NCBI GenBank assembly: GCA_963746775.1
Contig: CAVVCK010000001.1
Location: forward strand, 483,151-547,150
DNA: 64,000 bases
Source of the DNA: an uncultured bacterium
GTDB taxonomy: Bacteria; Patescibacteriota; JABMPQ01; CAVVCK01
Direction of reading: 5' to 3'
The notes beneath the pieces are model-generated. The model made no database searches, was not told the origin of the DNA, and saw only the letters and a program-made list of their open reading frames with translations. Of this stretch, positions 60,767 to 64,000 are shown piece after piece (the stretch's first letter is position 1; each line of letters starts with the position of its first letter). The position numbers were made by a program, and so were the translations under genes.

Positions 60767-61102
60767 ATGTCAAATAATAGAATTAGTAAATTAAATAGTC
60801 TTGTTAAAGATGAACTTTCTAAAATAATTCAAAGAAAGGTTGATTTTGAAGAGGGTGTTTTGGTTACAATTTACAAAGTAGAGGTTTCGATTGATATTGC
60901 TCATGCCAATATACATATCAGTGTAATTCCTGAGGAAAAAGAAAAAAAAGCCTTTGAAGTACTTCAAGAAAATATTTTTCAAATACAACAGGAATTAAAT
61001 AAAAAACTAGTCTTAAAGATAATTCCTAAAATAAGATTTGTGTTGGATGATTCTATAAAAAGAGCAGCTGCTATGGAGGAATTGTTTAAACAAGTATCTT
61101 AA
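60767..61102 (+). CDS. rbfA: Ribosome-binding factor A
   Basis: Follows infB; VTIYKVEVSIDI..A, IPKIRFVLD. Confidence 0.92.
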   Translation: MSNNRISKLNSLVKDELSKIIQRKVDFEEGVLVTIYKVEVSIDIAHANIHISVIPEEKEKKAFEVLQENIFQIQQELNKKLVLKIIPKIRFVLDDSIKRAAAMEELFKQVS

Positions 61103-61104
61103 TG

Positions 61105-61226
61105 TTGGAAATTAGTTATACAGAAAGTAGAAATTAGTAATAGAAAATAGAAATTGGAAATTTGCTTTCTATTTTCTAATTTCAAGTTTCTATTACCATT
61201 TTCCAATTTCCAAATAGCCAATTTCG
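61105..61226. repeat. Heptamer-period palindromic element, family A
   Basis: Fills the whole rbfA-DHH gap; inverted homolog of 14570-14690. Confidence 0.85.
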
Positions 61227-61227
61227 T

Positions 61228-62199
61228 ATGTTATATTCATTTACCGACATTCAAATAAACAGAGCTTTTTATTTAATAAAAAAAAGTAAGAACATTTTAC
61301 TTACAGCTCATAGGAAGCCTGATTCGGATACATTAGGATCAGTTTTGGCATTAAATAATATTTTAAAGAAATTAGAGAAAAACATATTTTGTTATTGTCA
61401 GGATAGTATACCAGAGCGATTTAATTTTTTAATTGGATCTAATGAGATAATCATTGGTAGTAAAATACTATCAAAAATATCTGACATAGATTTAATTATT
61501 ACGCTAGATAGTGGAAGTATTAAAATGGCTGGAATCAATAAATTACCGTTTACAAAAGAAATTCCAATTATTAATATTGATCACCATCAAGATTCAACCT
61601 ATTTTGGGAAAATAAATATTGTTAAAGGCAATACTTCATCTACATCTGAAATTATTTATGATATATTAGATAAGGTAGGCTTGCCTATTAATATGGAAAT
61701 AGCTACTTGTCTGCTGACAGGAATATTTGGTGATACAGATAGTTTCAAAAATCCAAATACAACCGATAGAACTTTAATTATTACATCTAAGTTATTGGCA
61801 GCGGGGGCTAAATTAAAGCAAATAACTCGCTTTACGCTACAGGATAAATCCTTATCTACACTAAAGCTTTGGGGTGAAATATTGTCTCGTATCAAAAGAC
61901 ACAATAATCTTAATATGGTTTCAGCTGTTATAACACGTGAAGATTTAAAAAAATCTAACGCTACTTATGATGATTTAGAGGGTATATCTAATTTTCTTAA
62001 TTCTATTCCTGATACCAGAGCCTCGTTAGTTTTAACTGAGCGAGAAGGTGAAATAAAGGGAAGTCTCCGAACTTTAAGAAAAAATGTTGATGTTTCTAAA
62101 ATAGCTCATTTGTTCGGTGGAGGAGGACACAAGAAAGCGGCGGGATTTACTATACCGGGGAGACTGGAGAAGACTAAAAAAGGATGGAAAATAGTTTAA
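61228..62199 (+). CDS. DHH/DHHA1 phosphoesterase (NrnA-like)
   Basis: HRKPDSD, NIDHH, GDTDSF, SLR, GGGGHKKAAG. Confidence 0.92.
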   Translation: MLYSFTDIQINRAFYLIKKSKNILLTAHRKPDSDTLGSVLALNNILKKLEKNIFCYCQDSIPERFNFLIGSNEIIIGSKILSKISDIDLIITLDSGSIKMAGINKLPFTKEIPIINIDHHQDSTYFGKINIVKGNTSSTSEIIYDILDKVGLPINMEIATCLLTGIFGDTDSFKNPNTTDRTLIITSKLLAAGAKLKQITRFTLQDKSLSTLKLWGEILSRIKRHNNLNMVSAVITREDLKKSNATYDDLEGISNFLNSIPDTRASLVLTEREGEIKGSLRTLRKNVDVSKIAHLFGGGGHKKAAGFTIPGRLEKTKKGWKIV

Positions 62200-62340
62200 T
62201 TACTAATTACTAATTTCTAATAAAATTTTAAATATCTAATAACAAATGATTAATTTTAGATATTTTATAAGTAGAACATTTTATTGGAAATTAGATATTG
62301 TCGCCTTGTAGGCGACCTGCCGAAGAGGCATGGGATGTTA
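62198..62340. repeat. Family B heptamer element with nested GC-rich double hairpin
   Basis: TTACTAA TTACTAA TTTCTAA ... TTGGAAA TTAGATA TTG[TCGCCTTGTAGGCGACCTGCCGAAGAGGCA]TG. Confidence 0.7.
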
Positions 62341-62361
62341 TAAATTTATATTATAAAAAGT

Positions 62362-63159
62362 ATGTCTTTAAGCGCTAATATTCTAGAAAGTATAGCCGTT
62401 CACCTTAGTAATCTTACTTGGGGTGGAATATTTTTAACTGTTGTTGATATTATAATAGTTAGTATTTTGTCTTATTATGCTTTTTCACTCATTAAAGGAA
62501 CAAAAGCTACTAGAATATTTTACGGCATTTTAATATTGGCAGTCATTTTAGTAATTGGTCGAATTTTAAAATTAGAAACACTTAATTGGGTGCTGTCTCA
62601 TTTAACCACTTTGGTTTTAGTAGCTATTCCTGTTGTTTTTCAACCAGAACTTAGAAGGGGTTTGGAAAAACTTGGTAGAATTAAAATATTTGGTGGTGAT
62701 GTATTTTTTGAAAAAAGAATAAAAGGAAGAGTAATCAATGAAATATTACAAGCTATAAAAGTTTTAGAGAAAAATAAAGTTGGAGCAATTATATCTCTAC
62801 AAAGAAAGACCGGACTTAGTGATTATATTGAAACAGGCACAGATCTAAATTCAAAATTAACTAGTAAATTGCTTTTAACTATTTTCTTTCCTAAGTCACC
62901 ATTGCATGATGGAGCTGTGATAGTTAATGGTGATAAAATATTAGCTGCTGGCTGTATTTTGCCTTTGTCTGATAGTGAAATTGGTTACAAATTTGGGACT
63001 AGACATCGAGCTGCACTAGGTCTTTCTGAGAGAACAGACGTGGTATCTATCGTTGTTTCTGAAGAAAGAGGAGAAGCGTCATTAGTGTATGATGGTGATA
63101 TAAAAGAGAATTTGAGTATAGAAGAGATTGAGGAGGAGTTGGGAGAACTGTTTGGATGA
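62362..63159 (+). CDS. cdaA: Diadenylate cyclase CdaA/DacA
   Basis: Three TM helices, VVFQPELRR, PLHDGA, GTRHRAA, VSEERG. Confidence 0.95.
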   Translation: MSLSANILESIAVHLSNLTWGGIFLTVVDIIIVSILSYYAFSLIKGTKATRIFYGILILAVILVIGRILKLETLNWVLSHLTTLVLVAIPVVFQPELRRGLEKLGRIKIFGGDVFFEKRIKGRVINEILQAIKVLEKNKVGAIISLQRKTGLSDYIETGTDLNSKLTSKLLLTIFFPKSPLHDGAVIVNGDKILAAGCILPLSDSEIGYKFGTRHRAALGLSERTDVVSIVVSEERGEASLVYDGDIKENLSIEEIEEELGELFG

Positions 63160-63203
63160 GGAAGTAATTAGATATTGGACATTAGATATTTGGAAATAGA
63201 ATA

Positions 63204-63314
63204 ATGAAGCAAAATATTATTAATGTTTCTGACTTTGATTTTTTAATAAAAAATCTAAATAAACTACATGGGAAATTAAATGCTTTTATAAAATCGGTAA
63301 AAGCAAAAAAATAA
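63204..63314 (+). pseudogene. C-terminal helix remnant of a four-helix-bundle gene
   Basis: MKQNIINVSDFDFLIKNLNKLHGKLNAFIKSVKAKK resembles the final helix (KLNxYIxS) of the family; flanked by inverted heptamer repeats. Confidence 0.6.
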
Positions 63315-63334
63315 TCCCCAATTACAAATTAATA

Positions 63335-64000
63335 ATGCCTAACGACTCTTCAAAACATAATAAGCTTAATCAATACATCACTGATTTTCTCGAGTATTGT
63401 GAAATAGAAAAAAATAAAAGTGCTCATACTATTGAAGACTATCGTCATTATTTAGAAAGATTTTCTGAGTTTTCTAAAATAAAAGATCCTAAGGATATTG
63501 ATTTGGATTCAGTTCGCAAGTATAGAATTTATCTCAACAGGCTTCAAAATAAAAATGGGCAGCCTCTAAAAACAATTACTCAAAATTACCACGTAGTAGC
63601 TCTGCGTGCTTTTTTAAAATATTTAGCTAAAAGAGATGTTAAGACCTTGGCAGCTGAGAAAATAGAATTACAAAAAATTCCTGATAGAATGGTTGAATTT
63701 TTATCAAGCGAAGAACTAGAAAATCTCTTACAACAGCCTAAAACAGACAAAATACGTGGGGTAAGAGATAAGGCAATCTTAGAAACATTATTTAGCACTG
63801 GTCTTCGTATTGCAGAACTTGTTTCATTAAATAGAACTCAAGTGAATCCAGAGAAAGACGATTTTTCCGTAACGGGTAAGGGCGGTAAAGTTAGAATTGT
63901 TTTTTTGTCCAAAGATGCGCAGTATTGGCTTCGGAAATATGTTTATATGAGATCAGATAATCAAAAGCCTTTATTTATAAACCATTCAGAAAAAGAAGAT
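63335..64000 (+). CDS. XerC/XerD-like tyrosine recombinase (partial)
   Basis: Not in ORF track; FLEYCEIEK, ALRAFLKYL, RDKAILETLFSTGLRIAEL, GKGGKVR. Confidence 0.92.
   Translation, partial: MPNDSSKHNKLNQYITDFLEYCEIEKNKSAHTIEDYRHYLERFSEFSKIKDPKDIDLDSVRKYRIYLNRLQNKNGQPLKTITQNYHVVALRAFLKYLAKRDVKTLAAEKIELQKIPDRMVEFLSSEELENLLQQPKTDKIRGVRDKAILETLFSTGLRIAELVSLNRTQVNPEKDDFSVTGKGGKVRIVFLSKDAQYWLRKYVYMRSDNQKPLFINHSEKED

Noticed and set aside
63335-64000. Prophage or island integrase
   Set aside because: Looks like the housekeeping Xer recombinase in a core-gene context; no phage genes are visible

Overview
AT-rich (roughly 30% GC by eye) bacterial chromosome segment, genetic code 11, with a gene set and a divergent 16S rRNA typical of Patescibacteria/CPR (inference). 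It contains the dnaA-dnaN region with a likely oriC, a 16S rRNA gene with no adjacent 23S, 12 intact tRNAs plus one disrupted tRNA-Arg copy, translation genes (rpsP, khpA, trmD, rplS, infB, rbfA, ychF), gap-fbaB-glpX, a partial riboflavin cluster, c-di-AMP genes (cdaA, a DarA/PstA-like receptor, a DHH-DHHA1 enzyme), large secreted CHAP and glycoside-hydrolase proteins, and a partial Xer recombinase. The most striking signal is non-coding. (1) A four-helix-bundle (23S-IVP/bAvd-like) gene sits in the loop of an inverted, short-period tandem-repeat cassette. Gene-less copies of the same flanks, a truncated-gene copy, and over a dozen related 7-11-nt-period hairpins fill intergenic gaps, and one repeat tract lies in frame inside trmD. 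(2) A ~100-bp palindromic element is inserted three times exactly at tRNA 5' ends with partial duplication of the acceptor stem. (3) A GIY-YIG nuclease pseudogene lies between an intact tRNA-Arg and a duplicate riddled with 18-nt hairpin insertions. Several real genes are missing from the ORF track, including a 35-aa 8-Cys peptide, a putative antitoxin, and two genes broken by the same +1 frameshift motif.
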